Notes: generated by a model not told the origin, from the letters alone. DNA of 64,000 nucleotides from Chiloscyllium plagiosum (GCF_004010195.1 NC_057734.1:44291606-44355605); one strand, 5' to 3'; positions 50,428-64,000 are shown, numbered from the stretch's first letter. Program-made: numbers and translations.

Positions 50428-53400
50428 TAGAACATAGAACAGAGAAAATTACAGCACAGTACAGGGCCTTCGTCCCTCGATGTTGCATCGACCTGTGAAA
50501 CCAATCTGAAGCCAATCTAACCTATATTATTCCATTATCATTCATATACTTATCCAATCACCGTTTCAAAGCTGTTCAAGTTGGCGAGTCTACTACTGTT
50601 ACAGGCAGGGTGTTACGTTCTGAGTAAAGAACTTACTCCTTACATCTGTCCTGTGTCTATCACCCCTCCATTTAAAGCCATGCCCCCCTTGTGCTAGCCA
50701 TCACCATCAGAGGAAAAAGGCTTTCACTGTTGACCCGATCTAATCTTCTGATCATCTTGTATGACTCTATGAAGTCACCTCCCAACCTCCTTCTCTCTAA
50801 TGGAAACAGCCTCAAATCCCTCAGCCTTTCCCCTTAAAATACTCCCTCCATACCAGGCAACATCTTGATAAATCTCTTCTGCGCCCTTTCCAATGCTTCC
50901 AAGTCCTTCCTACAATACAGCGACCAGAAATGCACAATACTCCAAGTGTTGCTGCACCAGAAGTTTTGACTGCAATATGACTTCATGCCTCTGAAACACA
51001 ATCCCTGTACCAAAACAGCTAACACACTGTATGCCTTCTTAACAACCCTATCAACCTGGGTGTCAATTTTCAAAAAATTATATACATAGACACCAACATC
51101 ACTCTGCTCATCCACATACAAAGAACCTTACCAATAGCCCAGTGCTCTGCATTCGTGTTGTTCCTTCCAAAGTGAATGGCCTCACACATTTCTGCATTAA
51201 ACAATGTTTGCGCCGCTCAGCCCAACTCTGCAGCTTATCTATGTCTCTCTGTAACGTGCAGCCTTGCATTCGTGTTGTTCCTTCCAAAGTGAATGGCCTC
51301 ACACATTTCTGCATTAAACTATGTTTGCCACCGCTCAGCCCAACTCTGCAGCTTATCTATGTCTCTCTGTAACGTGCAGCCTTCTTCTGCATTGTCCACA
51401 ACTCCACTGACCTTAGTGTCATTCACAAACCCTTCCTTCTGCACCCTCCTCCAGGTCATTTATAAAAATGACAGACAGCAGTGGTCCCAAAATGCATCCT
51501 TGTGGTACACCACGAGTAACTGAACTCCAGGATGAACTTTTCACATCAACCACCATTCTCTGTGGTCTTTCAGCTAGCCAATTCCTGATCCAAACTGCTA
51601 AGGCACACTTCAATCCCACGCCTACATGTTTTCTGCAATAGATTACCGTGGGGAATCTTATCAAACACTTTATTGAAATCCATATGCACCAAATCAATCG
51701 CTTTAGCCTCATTCACCTTCGTTCACCTTCTCAAGGAACTCAAAATGTTTTGTGAGACATAACTTACCCCTTCACAAAACCGTGTTGACTATACCTAATC
51801 AAATTATTCCTTTATAGATTATTATAAGTCCTACCTCTTATAATTCTTTCCAACACTTTACCCACAAATCATGTAAGGCTCACTAGTCTACTCCCCTTCT
51901 TGAATGAAGCGGGCAACATTTGCTGTCCTTCAGTCTTCTGGCACTATTCCTGTAGAAAATGACGACATAAAAATCAAAACCAAAGGTTCTGAAATATCCT
52001 CCCTGGTTTCCCAGAGAATCCTACGATAAGTTCCATCCAGTCCAGAGGACTCAAATTTTTTCACACTTTCCAGAATTGCTAACAACCCCTCCTTATGAAC
52101 CTCAATCCCGTCTAGTCTAATACTCTGTATCTCAGTATTATCCTCGACAATATTGTCTTTTTCCTGTGTAAATACTGCTGAAAAATATTCATTTAGCACC
52201 TCTCCTATCTCCTCGGACTCCATATACAACTTCCCACGACTGTCCTTGAGTGGCCCTAATCTTACTCTACTCATTCTTTTATCTCTGGCGTACCAATATA
52301 AAGCTTTAGGGGTTATCCTTGACCCTACCTGTCAAAGACTTCTCATGTCCCCCCATGGCTCTTCTTAGTTCTCTTTTTAGGCTCTTCCTGGCTAACTTTT
52401 AATACTTAAGCACCCTAACTGGGTCTTCACGTCATATCTTTACATAAGCCTCCTTCCTCCCCTCGCTCGACCACTTCCTCCCTGCCTGACAGATGCATAC
52501 TTATCAAGGACACGCAGTAGCTGTTCTTTGAATAAGCTACACATTTCAATTATGCCCATTCCCAAGTTTCCTTCCCCATCCTATGCATTCTAAATCTTGC
52601 TTAGTCACATCATAATTGCCTTTCACCAGCTATAAACCTTGCCCTTTTGTATATAAGTATCTCTTTCCACCATTAAAGTAAATGTTAGCAAACTGTGGTC
52701 ACCATCACCAAAGTGCTCAAATCTAACTCTTGGCCTGGCTTGCCCTTTTGTATATAAGTATCCCTTTCCATCATTAAAGTAAATGTTAGCAAACTGTGGT
52801 CACCATCACCAAAGTGCTCACCTACCCCCAAATCTAACTCTTGGCCTGGCTCATTACCCAGTACCAAATCCAATGTGGCCTCGCTTCTTGTTGTCCTATT
52901 TCCATATTAGTGAGGAGAAAGTGAGGAGAACTTTCCTTCCCACATGGTTGATGATGCCCTCCAGTGCATCTCCTCCACTTCTCGCATCTGCACTATTGAA
53001 ACATCCCCCCTCCTCCCAACAATCGCAACGAGGGCAGAACACCTCTGGTACTCATCTTCCACCCCACCAACCTCATTCACTGCCATTCTCACCACCTGAG
53101 ACATATTTCCCTCGCCGGCCCTATCTATGATTCAGAGAGACCATTCTCTCCATGACTCCCTTGTCAGGTCCGCGGACCCCACCAACCCAAACTCCCCTCC
53201 CGGCATCTTCCACTGCCATTACAAAAAGTGCAAAAACCTGCACCGACACCTCCCGCCTCCCTCCATCCAAGTCCCCAAAGGATCCTTCCACATCAATCAG
53301 AAGTTGACCTGTTCTTCCACACACATCATTTACTGCATGCATTGCACCTCATGTGGTCTCTTCTACATTGGGAAGACAGGACGCCAACTTGTGGAATATT

Positions 53401-55555
53401 TCAGAGAACATCTCTGGGACACCCGCACTAACCATCCCCATCAGCCTGTGGCTGAACACTTTAACTTTCCCTCCCACTCTGCCAAGGACTTGTAGGTCCT
53501 GGGCCTCCACCATTGTCAAACCCTAACCAACCAACATATGGAGGAAGAATGCCTCATATTCCACCTTGGGACCCCTCAACCACACAGAATCACTGTGGAT
53601 TTCACCAGTTTCCCTATTCCCCTCCTTCTATCTTATCCCAATCTCCCAACTCAGCACTGTTCTCTTGAATGGTCCTACCAGCCTATCTTCCTTCCAATCT
53701 ATCTGCCCCACATTCCTGTCTAACCTATCACTTTCAACTCCCATCGTCCTCTACCTATCCCTTTCCCAGCTACCTTCCCCACAGCCCGTCCCCCTCCCTT
53801 TATCTCTCAACGCCCTTGGCCAACTAGCCTCATTCATGATGAAAGGCTTATGCCTGAACCGTCGATTCATCTGCTCCTCAGATGCTGCCTGACCAGTTGC
53901 GCCTTCCCAGGACCACACTCTTCGACGAGCTACATACTGTGTCAGGAAATCCTCCTGCACACATTGGACAAAAACTGACCCATCTATAGTACTCGTACTG
54001 TAACATTTCCAACCAATATTTGGAAACTTAAAGTCACCTATAACAACTACCCTATTACTTTCGCTCCTATCCAGAATCATCTTTGCAATCCTTTATTCTA
54101 CATCTCTAGAGCATTTCAGAGGGCTATAGAAAATTCCCAACAGGGTGATCTCTCCTTTCTTGTTTCTAATTTCATCCTATACTACCTCAGTACACGAGTC
54201 CTCATTAAACATTCTTTCTGCCACCGTGATATGGTCCTTGACTAACAATGCCACACCTCCCCCTCTTTTACCACATTCCCTGTTCTTACTAAAACATCTA
54301 AATCGCGGAACCTGCAACAACCGTTCCTGTCCCTGCTTGATTCGTGTCTTTGAAATGGCCACAACATCGAAGTCCCGGGTACCAACCATGCTGCAAGTTC
54401 ACCCACCTTATTCCGGACATTCCTAGCATGAAAGTAGACACACTTCAAACCACCTTCTGGCCTGCCGGTACACTCTTGCGACCTTTAAACCTTATTTATG
54501 ATCTCACTAGTCTCAACTTCCTGTCAGTGGAGCTCCAATTCAGGTTACCATTCCCCTGCAGAATTAGTTTAAACCCTCCTGGAGATCATTGCCAAATCCC
54601 AATCTTGCGCCCCCTCCCCCCCCCCCGCCCTCACTACCAGGGTATTGGTACCTCTCTGGTTCAGGTGTAGACCATCCCGTTTGTAGAGGTCCCACCTATG
54701 CCAGCTTAAGCCCCAATTATTCAGATATCCGAATCCCTCCCTCCTGCACCATCCATGTAGCCTCTTGTTCAACTGGTCGCTTTCACCATTCCTCACCTCG
54801 TTTGCACGTGGCATGCATAACAAATCAGGCATAACAACAAACCAGAGATAATAACTCCCCCACCTTAGCTCGCTGAATGTCTGTCTTATGTCCACATCCC
54901 CATTTCTACTTATGCCTTAGTGCCTATCTGGACCATGATCAAGTGTGCTCTCCCTCTTCCTTAAAAATTTCAAAAACATGATCTGAAACATCATGAATCC
55001 TGGAACCTGGGAGTGAAGACACCAACCGCCAGTTTCTCTCGTTCCCACAGAATCTCCTATCTGTCTCCCTAACTGTGGTGTCCACAATGACTAATGCTCT
55101 ATTCCTCTTCCCCCTTTCCTTCTGAGCAACAGGGACAGATTCTGCACCAGAGACCTGTACCCCATAGTTTACCCCTGGTAAGTCATCCCTCCAACAGTAT
55201 CCAAAATGGAATACCTATTATTGAGGGGAACGGCCACAGAGGATCCCTGCATTGTCTGCCAGTTCCCTTTCTGTCCAGTGATTGTAACCCATCCACCGTT
55301 TTTCCTGTGCCTGAGGCCTGACTACCTCCCTGTAAGTCCTCTCAATTGCCCTCTCAGCCTCCCAAATTATCCAAACTTCATCTAGCTCCAGCTCTAATTC
55401 CCTAATGCGGTTTTTGAGGAGCTGGAGTTGGGTGCACTTCTCACAGATTAAGTCAGTGGGGACACTAGTGGTGAACATTATCTCCCTTAGTCTACAGGAG
55501 GCGCATTCAATTGCCCTACCATCCAAACCCACTGTTCTGAATTCCCGAAGAGAAT
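50428..55555 (-). mobile_element. Near full-length degenerate CR1 LINE (ORF1 Zn-finger/coiled-coil/esterase; ORF2 EN-RT)
   Basis: [58 protein letters not shown]; absent from duplicate copy A. Confidence 0.92.
52910..53925 (+). mobile_element. Penelope-like element nested in the CR1
   Basis: TCSSTHIIYCMHCTSCGLFYIGKTGRQL..FREH GIY-YIG; degenerate hammerhead at about 53835-53862. Confidence 0.88.
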
Positions 55556-56513
55556 ACTGAAAAAAAATCTAGTAACTATTCGTTCTGCATTTTATGTACA
55601 GGAAATACCTGGACAATTGTCCACACTGTTGGGTAGAAGCTCGTTTGGTACTCCCAGATGAAAGTTGTTACGAATCCTTCAACATTGATTTGCCCAACTG
55701 TGTCAGACTGTTCAATCATTGAAGATGGGATATTTGTGGAGTCTCCACCTCAAATGAGTTATATAATTGTCCACTATTACTCACAACTGGATGTGGCAAC
55801 AGTGCACAGCTTCCACCTGAACTATTGATTGTGAGATCACTTAGCTCTGTCTATCACTTGCAACTTGTACTGTTTGTCACTCAGGTAGTCCTGATTTGGA
55901 ACTTCATCATTTTGACACGTCAATTTTAGGTATTCTGGAGTTGCTACTGCAAACTTCATTGAATGGAGGACCGTGCCAAACGTGGGAGATCTTAAATAGT
56001 TTGGTAAAACAACGGCCTGACCAGGCCAGCCTCACGGATCATGCTAATCAGATAACATCCTGAATGCCACCATCTTCCAGTATGGGTCCTGTCCTACCAA
56101 TAATTGCAGCCAAGTCGATGGTACCACATAGTAGGCAATCAGGAGGGGGTTGCTTGACGAGTATGTAACAGTGATTTCTAATTCCATGAAACTTCATAGC
56201 ATCATGTGAACCATTTGCAAACCATGTGTAATCTACTGCTAATTTTTGTGTAGCCTTTCCTATCTATCCCCACCATGAATCAATTAGCTCCTATTTTGAC
56301 ACCACTTAGATGACACATTGAATGTGGCAAGGCACAAAGTTTACTCATGCTGGGCTGCTTTAATATTAACAACCAGAAGTGGATTTGTGAAGCCAACATT
56401 GCTTGAGCTGGCCAAGTCTTAAAGGATATAACTGGTAGACTGGGTGTTTGGCAGGTGGTCAGGGAATTAAGAAGAGTGAAATATGTTAGATCCCATCCTC
56501 AACACTATACCTT

Positions 56514-57300
56514 TGTCACAACCTGGTTCGAGTGAACCCTTCTGTTAATGAAACCGAACATCCAGAAAAGCTCACCTCACCTCTGTCACTCATCTGTTAA
56601 AATTTGAGTGACAAAGATATCCCAAATTCCACTATGTACAGAAAATAATATCAATTTATTCATTTACTCTGAAAATTAACATTAGACAACAACTATTCAG
56701 AACTCTAATCTGCCATTCTCTTAACTGCTTGTTATCTGCCTCCAACTCTGTAACAAGATACTGCTCCTATTTAAAAAATCACTTATTAAATTTACAACAA
56801 CTTAATTTCAAAACCATACAGCAGCTGTCATCTCTGGCATCTTTCTTCGTTTCATTGAAGATCTCCCTGGGTCATTTTTTTTTTACTGTGAAGATGTTTC
56901 ATATGAAAAAGGTACTCTTAATAGAGTGTGTTTTCAAATGGCAGTCTTTCTTGATGGTAGTTACTCTCTCGATGGCAATTACTCTGTCTGACTTTCAAAT
57001 GTCTTTTTTAGACCCCAAACAATGGATTGTCTCATTGGCTCGATGTTGGCAAAAACAATAAATTCAAACTTGACTGGGTTTTAGTATCCTGAGGCATAAT
57101 TTAAACTGATTGGTTAAATTCCAATTGTTGTCAAATTAGCAACCATTCACGTATCTATTTCACAGCCAAGTGTTACACATTTTCATTTTCCAGTACACTC
57201 TGAGACTTCTAGCTATTCACATGACAGGTGCTTGTAAGTTCACAATGCAAAACAGCATTCATTCCCTTTTAAAGGTGCATTACACGTCTTCATCTTCACA
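56514..57300. mobile_element. Solo LTR specific to duplicate copy B
   Basis: TGTCAC...TTCACA ends, TSD ACCTT/ACATT, empty site near 8468. Confidence 0.7.
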
Positions 57301-58409
57301 ACATTGTTAACTGACATCTGTCCACAACAACGTTTATAAGAGACAGAGTCTTTATGGAGTCGATGCTTCCCTTTACACTAAGGATACCATCCACCATGTT
57401 ATATAACACAACAAATGTGATGAAATAGCATTTGTACTGATATACTAACTCAAGACTGAGCATTCATGACCATGTGAACAACAGAATTGTATTCAATCAG
57501 AGTCTGTAATGTGATTGAGGGTAATATGACCCAGTATATCCCCAGTTGTACGAATAATATCAACTCTCATATGATCTAGAATGCAACAGGCTCTCCAGGG
57601 CCAGCACCTTGCATACCTAAATAAAAGGTTTCAACATAGCGAAACCACTGCACTGGACTAAGTTCATGCCACCTATTGTAGGAAACACATAACTGACAGA
57701 GGTAAATGTTACCCCAAATAACTGAGCAGATCTACCCTCTGAAATCCAAACATATCTCATCCTGAATGACTGTCCATAGTTTGCAGAAGATTGAGAGGTG
57801 ATCTCACTGAAACATAAACAATTGATAAGTTGCTTGAAGGGTAGATAGAGTGTTGTTTCTCGGACATCTTAGTTGAGAGAGAGTAGGAATTATCCCAGGT
57901 TGAACCATTTGGGAATGAGATATGAAAAGACAGTTTCTTTGTGGGTATATGGTTTGCATGGCCAATTTAAATGAACAATTTGCAATCGAGAATGTTGGAG
58001 GCAGATTGCTTTTGCATATTGAATGATTTATGGGAGTTAGAATAAGATGGAAAAGTGGAATTGCAGGAGAGAATATCCATGAGTTTATTCACTAGTTGAC
58101 AAGGCCAAGGGGTCTAAGGGCCCAGTACTGCTCATATGTATTTCTCATGTTTTACATTTTACTTTGATTGAAATGAAAGAGACCATTTTTCTTTGAAATA
58201 TAATGGCGCTTTCGAGCAGACTTAGTTCAACTGCAGTGTGACTCAAACATTCTGGCGTAATGTGACACTAACTAAACTAAATTCAACCTGTAAATAAACG
58301 ATAATGAAATAAGCATGTATGACTGAAATGTCTGCCCTATGAGCAAAAGTCAAGCCATATGTCCAGTATGCATCCGTTTACACTGAGGAATTTCAGACTG
58401 TCTTAGATC

Positions 58410-60243
58410 CACAGAGTCAGAGATATATACAGCATAGAAATAGACCTTTCAGTCCAACCTGTCCATGCCGACCAGATATCCCAACCCAATCTAGTCCAAC
58501 CTGCCAGGACCCGGCACATACCCCTCCAAACCCTTCCTATTCATATACCCATCCAAATGCCTCTTAAATGTTGCAATTGTACCAGCCTCCACCACTTCCT
58601 GTGGCAGCTCATTCCATACACGTACCACCCTCTCTTTTATATCTTTCCCCTCTCACCCTAAACCTATGCCCTCTAGTTCTGGACTCCCCGACCTCAGGGA
58701 AAAGACTTTGCCTATTTACATATCCATGTCCCTCATAATTTTGTAAACCTCTATAAGGTCACCCCTCAGCCTCCGACGCTTCAGGGAAAACAGCCCCAGC
58801 CTGTTCATCCCCTCCCTGTAGCTCAGATCCTCCAACCCTGGCAACATCCTTGTAAACCTTTTCTGAACCCTTTCAGGTTTCACAACATCTTGACTTGTTG
58901 GGCCGAAGGGCCTGTTTCCACACTGTAATGTAATCTAAAAAAAAAGTGGCCTAACCAATGTTCTGTACAGCCACAACATGATCTCCCAACTCCTGTACTC
59001 AATACTCTGACCAATAAAGGAAAGCATACCAAACGCCTTCTTCACTATCCTATCTATCTGCAACTCCACTTCCTAGGAACTATGAACCTGCACTCCAAGG
59101 TCTTTGTTCAGCAACACTCCCTAGCACTGCTGCCTCACAGCGCCAGAGACCCAGGTTCAATTCCCGCCTCTGGCAACTCTCTGTGTGGAGTTTGCACATT
59201 CTTCCTGTGTCTGCGTGGATTTCCTCCGGGTACTCCGGTTTCCTCCCACAATCCAAAAATGTGCAGGTTAGGTGAATTGGCCATGCTAAGTAGTGTTAGG
59301 TGAAGAGGTAAATGTAGGGGAATGGGTCTGGGTGGGTTGCGCTTCGGCGGGTTGGTGTGGACTTGTTGGGCGGAAGGGCCTGTTTCCACACTGTAAGTAA
59401 TCTAAACTATCCCAAGTGTATAAGTCCTGCAAAGATTTGCTTTCCCAAAATGCAGCACCTCGCATTTATCTGAATTAAACTCCATCTGCCACTTCTCAGC
59501 CCATTGGCCCACCTGGTCCTATCCTGTTGTAATCTGAGGTAACCCTCTTCGCTGTCCACTACACCTCCAATTTTGGTGTCATCTGCAAACTTACTAACTG
59601 GACCTATTATGCTCGCATCCAAATCATTTATGTAAATGACAAAAGATAGAGGGCCCAGCACCGATCCTTGTGGCACTCCACTGGTCACATGCCTACAGTC
59701 TGAAAAACAACCCTCCACCACCACCCTCTGTCTTCTACCTTTGAGCTAGTTCTGTATCCAAATGGCTAGTTCTCCTTGTGTTCCATGAGATCTAACCTTG
59801 CTAATCATTCTCCCATGGGGAACCTTGCCGAACGCCTTACTGAAGTCCATATAGATCACATCTACTGCTCTGCCCTCATCAATCTTCTTTGTTACTTCTT
59901 AAAAAAACTCAATCAAGTTTGTGAGACATGATTTCCCATGCACAAAGCCATGTTGACTATCCCGAATCAGTCCTTGCCTTTCCAAATACATGCACATCCT
60001 GTCTCTCAGGATTCCCTCCAACAACTTGCCCACCACTGAGGTCAGGTTCACCCGTCAAAATTCCCTAGCTTGTCTTTACAGCCCTTCTTAAGCAGTGGCA
60101 CCACGTTTGCCAATCTCCAGTCTTCCGGCACCTCACCTGTGGCTATCGATGATACATATATCTCAGCAAGAGACCCAGCAATCACTTCTCTAGCTTCCCA
60201 CAGAGTTCTCGGGTACACCTGATCAGATCCTGGGGATTTATCT
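58410..60243 (-). mobile_element. CR1 LINE RT/3' end with nested SINE
   Basis: GVPQGSVLGP..FADDTK, KSPGSDQVYPRTLWE. Confidence 0.92.
59121..59405 (+). mobile_element. HE1/V-SINE-like SINE
   Basis: TAGCACTGCTGCCTCACAGCGCCAGAGACCCAGGTTCAATTCC head with B-box, central TGTGTGGAGTTTGCAC domain, CR1-like tail. Confidence 0.85.
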
Positions 60244-60324
60244 GTGATCCTGCAAGCCTCAGGAGGAGGCTGCCATGAATCATCCACTCAGCACTCCTGG
60301 ACGAAGCAAGGGATAAATGCTTCT

Positions 60325-60650
60325 GCCTAGACAAAGTCTTTTCCCTGGGGTGGAGGAATCCAGAACGAAACGGCATAGGTTTAGGGTGAGAGGGGAAAAA
60401 TGTAAAAGAGAACTAAGGGGCAACCTTTCGCTCAGAGGGTGGTGTGTGTATGGAATGAGCTGCCAGAGGAAGTGTGGAGGCTGGTACAATTATAACATTT
60501 AAAAGGCATCTGGATGGGTATATGAATAAGAAGGTTTAAGTGATAGGGGTCGGGTACTGGCAGGTGGGACTAGATGGGTTGGGATATCTTGTCAGCATGG
60601 ACGGGTTGGACCGAAGGTCTGTTTCCGTGCTATACATCTCTATGACTCTA
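60325..60650 (+). mobile_element. CR1 3' end fragment
   Basis: SLFPGVEESRTKRHRFRVRG and CTCTATGACTCTA tail. Confidence 0.85.
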
Positions 60651-62777
60651 AGTGATCACTATATAATCAGGGTTAGTGTAATTATAGAAAAGACAAATGT
60701 AATTAAAACTGCAACCAACCAAATTTCAGTAATTTGTACTTTAAACCCTCGAAAAAATACTTTGTTTTTGTCCCATTTTTGCATTATGTTTGATTCTCAT
60801 GATCTTTGTCGCCTCTTTCTTCAAAACACCTTTTTCTCTTCTCCGAAGTTCCATTCTTGATCTATCCTCCTCCCTCAGTTCTAATTGGCCACGCTCAGAT
60901 GCCTTGAACAACTCGCTGATACTTAAGTATTTCTCCAGATAATTAGTAATCTAAAACCCTTCTTTTTGCACCATTTATCCAGTCCACAGTAAATATACTT
61001 TGTCTTTATATTTATGCTCATATTACCGTCTGATACTCAGAGTTTGGGAATCTTTATACCTTGGGTGCTCAAACGTTTTTAACTGTTTTACATAAGGCAA
61101 ACGCTTTGCTTGCTAGGGGATTCGTATTGTTCTTAACCATCACATTGCTATATTCTTCTGTGCAATTGTTTATCCTTTGGGACAATGGGTGTACTCTGGA
61201 ATAAGAGCAGCTTCTTCCCCGCTCTAATCAGACATTTGAACTGACTTCTCAAATATTAAAGTTGATCTCTCGCTGCACCTTTTCTGTAACCGTGACACTG
61301 TATTCTGCATTCTGTTCTATTATCCAATGTACTTTGGTATGGCTTGATCTGCCTGCATAGCACGCAAATCAATACTTTTCACTGTATCTTAGCACATGTG
61401 ACAATAATAAATCAAATCAATTTGCTTGTTCGTCTTTACCAGTATTTAGTGCTTTAAAAAAAAGGTTTGTGATTTCCAGTCGACTGCCCCGTCCACTGAT
61501 CTTGCCACATCGCCACGCACTCCTGTCCTGCTGAATTCTCAAGAGTTGTTGTAGAAGACATCAACCTCCCCGATGTAACTTTCCGTGTTAATCAAGTAAA
61601 TACTAGGTCCCCGGACTGTGATTGACAATGAGCGAAGCCTAGAGTATATTTCTGGATAGGTTCAGAGTACCTTGCCTTGGTGTTCAGCACCAACATCAAT
61701 TTCCTACAATGTTAGAGACTTGCCCTGAATTACTAGGGCAGAGTATTTCTGCCCTTAGGAAATTTAAACTTCAGCTGGATATACTTCGTCTGTTCGCATG
61801 TCCGAATTTCCTTTACTTCCCGAACAACTGCGGCGAACATTATAATGATTTCTGGTTCTTGGACCTGGATTTCATGAAACCTTTTTTCAGTTCGTCATCT
61901 CAGTTGCGCACAACCATGTCAGCGACCCTGCTTTTTTTTGTTCTACCGTTCTCTCCCTACGACAGGTTGCAAAAAGAACCTGCCATATTTCAGTTCTGAT
62001 GAAGATAAATCAGCCTGAATGGTTTGCTCTTTTGAGCTTTTCCAGTATTTTCCGTTCTTACTTCAAAATTGCCACTTTTCCTTCCTGCAGCAGCCGATGA
62101 TGCATCACTTCTGGACACAGTAGCACGTCATTTAATGGTGGAGTACTTGCCTGGTCAAAGCTTGGACGCTGCAGCAGGTCTGGTGATGTGCATGTATGTG
62201 TGTGAGGGACCAAGGAGGGGGGAGCGCTCAGGATTTTATGTTGGTGAAGTGTGCTTTGAAAGGGTGGTTTTGAGAGCGAAAGGAGGCGTACAAGGCTGGT
62301 ATGTTCAATTGTGTGAGCAGAGAATGTGGCACTTGCCCGGTATGTGTATGTGTGTGTGTGTGTGTTCAGTGGGAGCAGATGGGTGTAGCGGGGAGTAGGG
62401 AAGTGGAAGAGATTTGTTCATATGTGCGGGATGTGCGCATGCTCGCGTTTGGCTATGTGTTGGAGGCGCAGTCGTTCTGGTTGGCGATAGGGTGAGGTTG
62501 AGTGAAGTGAGTAGGTCTGTGATTAAATGTCCTAATGACAACATATCCTGAGCATCTCACATTCGGACACTGCCCATCTCCCTTTCCCTACCTAGCCTGC
62601 CTAGATCCTACAACAGGGCGACTGAGAGTAATACTTGGGACTTGTCGCCCGGTTAAGAAAGGCTTGTGGAGTTCACAATAATGTTTAAGCAATGGAAGAC
62701 TGACCGTTATATGGAAATGTTTTCACTTTGTTTCCTGCAAAAAATGAAGAGCAACATAGAATGGAGTGCAATCGTGC

Positions 62778-63228
62778 TATTGTTGCTGGGAACAGAGGGT
62801 TTGAGATAAATAGGAAGGTTGGTTACGCCGGAGAGTAGGAGGTTGAGAGGTGACCTTATAGAGGTTTATGAAAGAATGAGAGGTATAGGTAAAGTGAATG
62901 GCAGGTGACTTTTACCTAGGGTGGGCGATTTCAAGACTGGCGGTGGGTCTGGGCATATTTTAAGGCGAGAAGAGAAAGATTTTTAAACAGACACAAGAGG
63001 CAACCTTTTTTAAACAGGGACTGGTTCGTGAGTGGAATGAACTTCCAGAAGATTTGGTGTATGCAGATACAGTTATAATGTTTAAAAGACAATTAAGTGA
63101 CTACAAAAGATGTTTGGAGGGATATGGGCCAAGTGGAGGCAGATGAGATTAGTTTAGTTGTAATTATGGTCGGCATCGACTGGTTTGACTGAAGGGATTG
63201 TTTCCATGCTGTATGACACCATGACTCT
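62778..63228 (+). mobile_element. CR1 3' end lying just upstream of the psi2 leader-intron remnant
   Basis: RRLRGDLIEVY motif, WNELPE, ATGACTCTA tail. Confidence 0.85.
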
Positions 63229-63377
63229 AATTGCCCCAAATCATGATCATTTACTTTTAATTCTCTTTGTATTGCCGCTCTTTGCATGATCCTGATGAGT
63301 TGCAATAATTGATATGGTTGAAACTGAATTACAGTCATTCCTTATGGCCGTTTAACACTAACGTTTTATTTCGCCAG

Positions 63378-63724
63378 ATACTGACGCTGGACCAGTGCTG
63401 GCTCAGTCAGGGTCCGTTTCAATCTCACTGGGGAAAATGATCACAACCATCTGTACCATGTCCGGAGGCAGCATGGGCGGCTATCGCGCGAGCTGGTTCT
63501 GGCTTAAACCCGATAGTGCCCCGGTTTTTGTTTGGAACGACTATGATTCCAGCAGAGGACCGGGGATTCCTGATCGATTCACCGCGTCCAGGGGCACGCC
63601 GAAGAAAGTTACGCCTCAATTTCCAATGTGCAGACCCAGGATGTCACTGATTATTATTGCGGTGCCTGGGATTCCACCAGTGGTGAATTCACTTTCGGGA
63701 AAGGAACGAAACTGAGTGTGGGCA
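63378..63724 (+). pseudogene. Germline-joined IgL lambda VJ pseudogene (psi2), single frameshift in FR3
   Basis: Acceptor TTTCGCCAG; GPVLAQSGSVSISLGK..CTMSGGSMGGYRASWFWLKPDSAPVFVW..GIPDRFTAS, about 4-nt deletion near 63600, then [36 protein letters not shown]; donor A|GTAAGT. Confidence 0.92.
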
Positions 63725-64000
63725 GTAAGTACAATCTTCACTGTTTAAATCTGAATTTCGAGTTCAGAAGATTTGAATGCATTCGTTTGTAAACACAAAA
63801 TTTGCTTTAGAGTTTACATTGATCATTCCTTCGTTAGCTTTTGCTATTAAGATGAAAATGCATTTCTATTTTGTTAGCTAATTGTTCAGAAAATGTCCAA
63901 CTAAAATAGTAATGTTAGTGATATCAATGTAAACCCCTCTGAACAATTATTTTTGGTGGAGGTCGTGTGTAATTCACTTCCTTCCTAGTTAATTACATTT

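Larger units (their letters stand above)
47355..57780 (+). repeat. Segmental duplication copy B
   Basis: Begins AATCGAATAACGAACG like window position 2; colinear with 2-9180 apart from copy-specific TE insertions and deletions. Confidence 0.92.

Noticed and set aside
60244-60324. About 80-nt spacer between oppositely oriented CR1 pieces as captured sequence
   Set aside because: No source identifiable in the window; may be ordinary flanking DNA between two insertions
61916-61965. ACCATG-initiated hydrophobic stretch (MSATLLFFVLPF) as a displaced leader for psi2
   Set aside because: 50 nt gives the wrong phase unless the T8 run is miscalled; weak donor (GTTGCA); no exact octamer upstream; no clear similarity to the real leader
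62069-62560. GT-rich stretch with DDASLLDTVAR, possibly a Harbinger Myb/SANT relic
   Set aside because: Similarity too short and low-complexity to support
1-64000. CRISPR arrays, rRNA or true tRNA genes, prokaryotic systems
   Set aside because: Sequence is vertebrate; tRNA-like boxes belong to SINE heads; no regularly spaced repeat-spacer array seen

Overview
Eukaryotic, repeat-rich DNA from a cartilaginous fish (shark; the species cannot be fixed from sequence alone). The window holds part of a tandem immunoglobulin light-chain cluster array of the lambda (type II/NS3-like) isotype, with V and J already joined in the germline. One gene is intact (leader 41730-41778, VJ 41916-42257, C 44898-45220) and has a multi-octamer promoter. 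Two further germline-joined VJ exons are pseudogenes (12670-12927, 63378-63724). The upstream one carries an in-frame FR2 deletion and keeps a decayed J-C intron, but has no visible leader or C exon. The rest is transposon-derived: CR1 and Rex/Babar LINEs, HE1-type SINEs, Penelope-like elements with minimal hammerhead-ribozyme motifs from several families, solo LTRs, and a Gmr1-like LTR retrotransposon with integrase upstream of RT. A segmental duplication (2-9180 vs 47355-57780) allows filled and empty insertion sites to be compared, and there are locally templated duplication/insertion events. All alignments were made by eye, so TE boundaries and family names are approximate.
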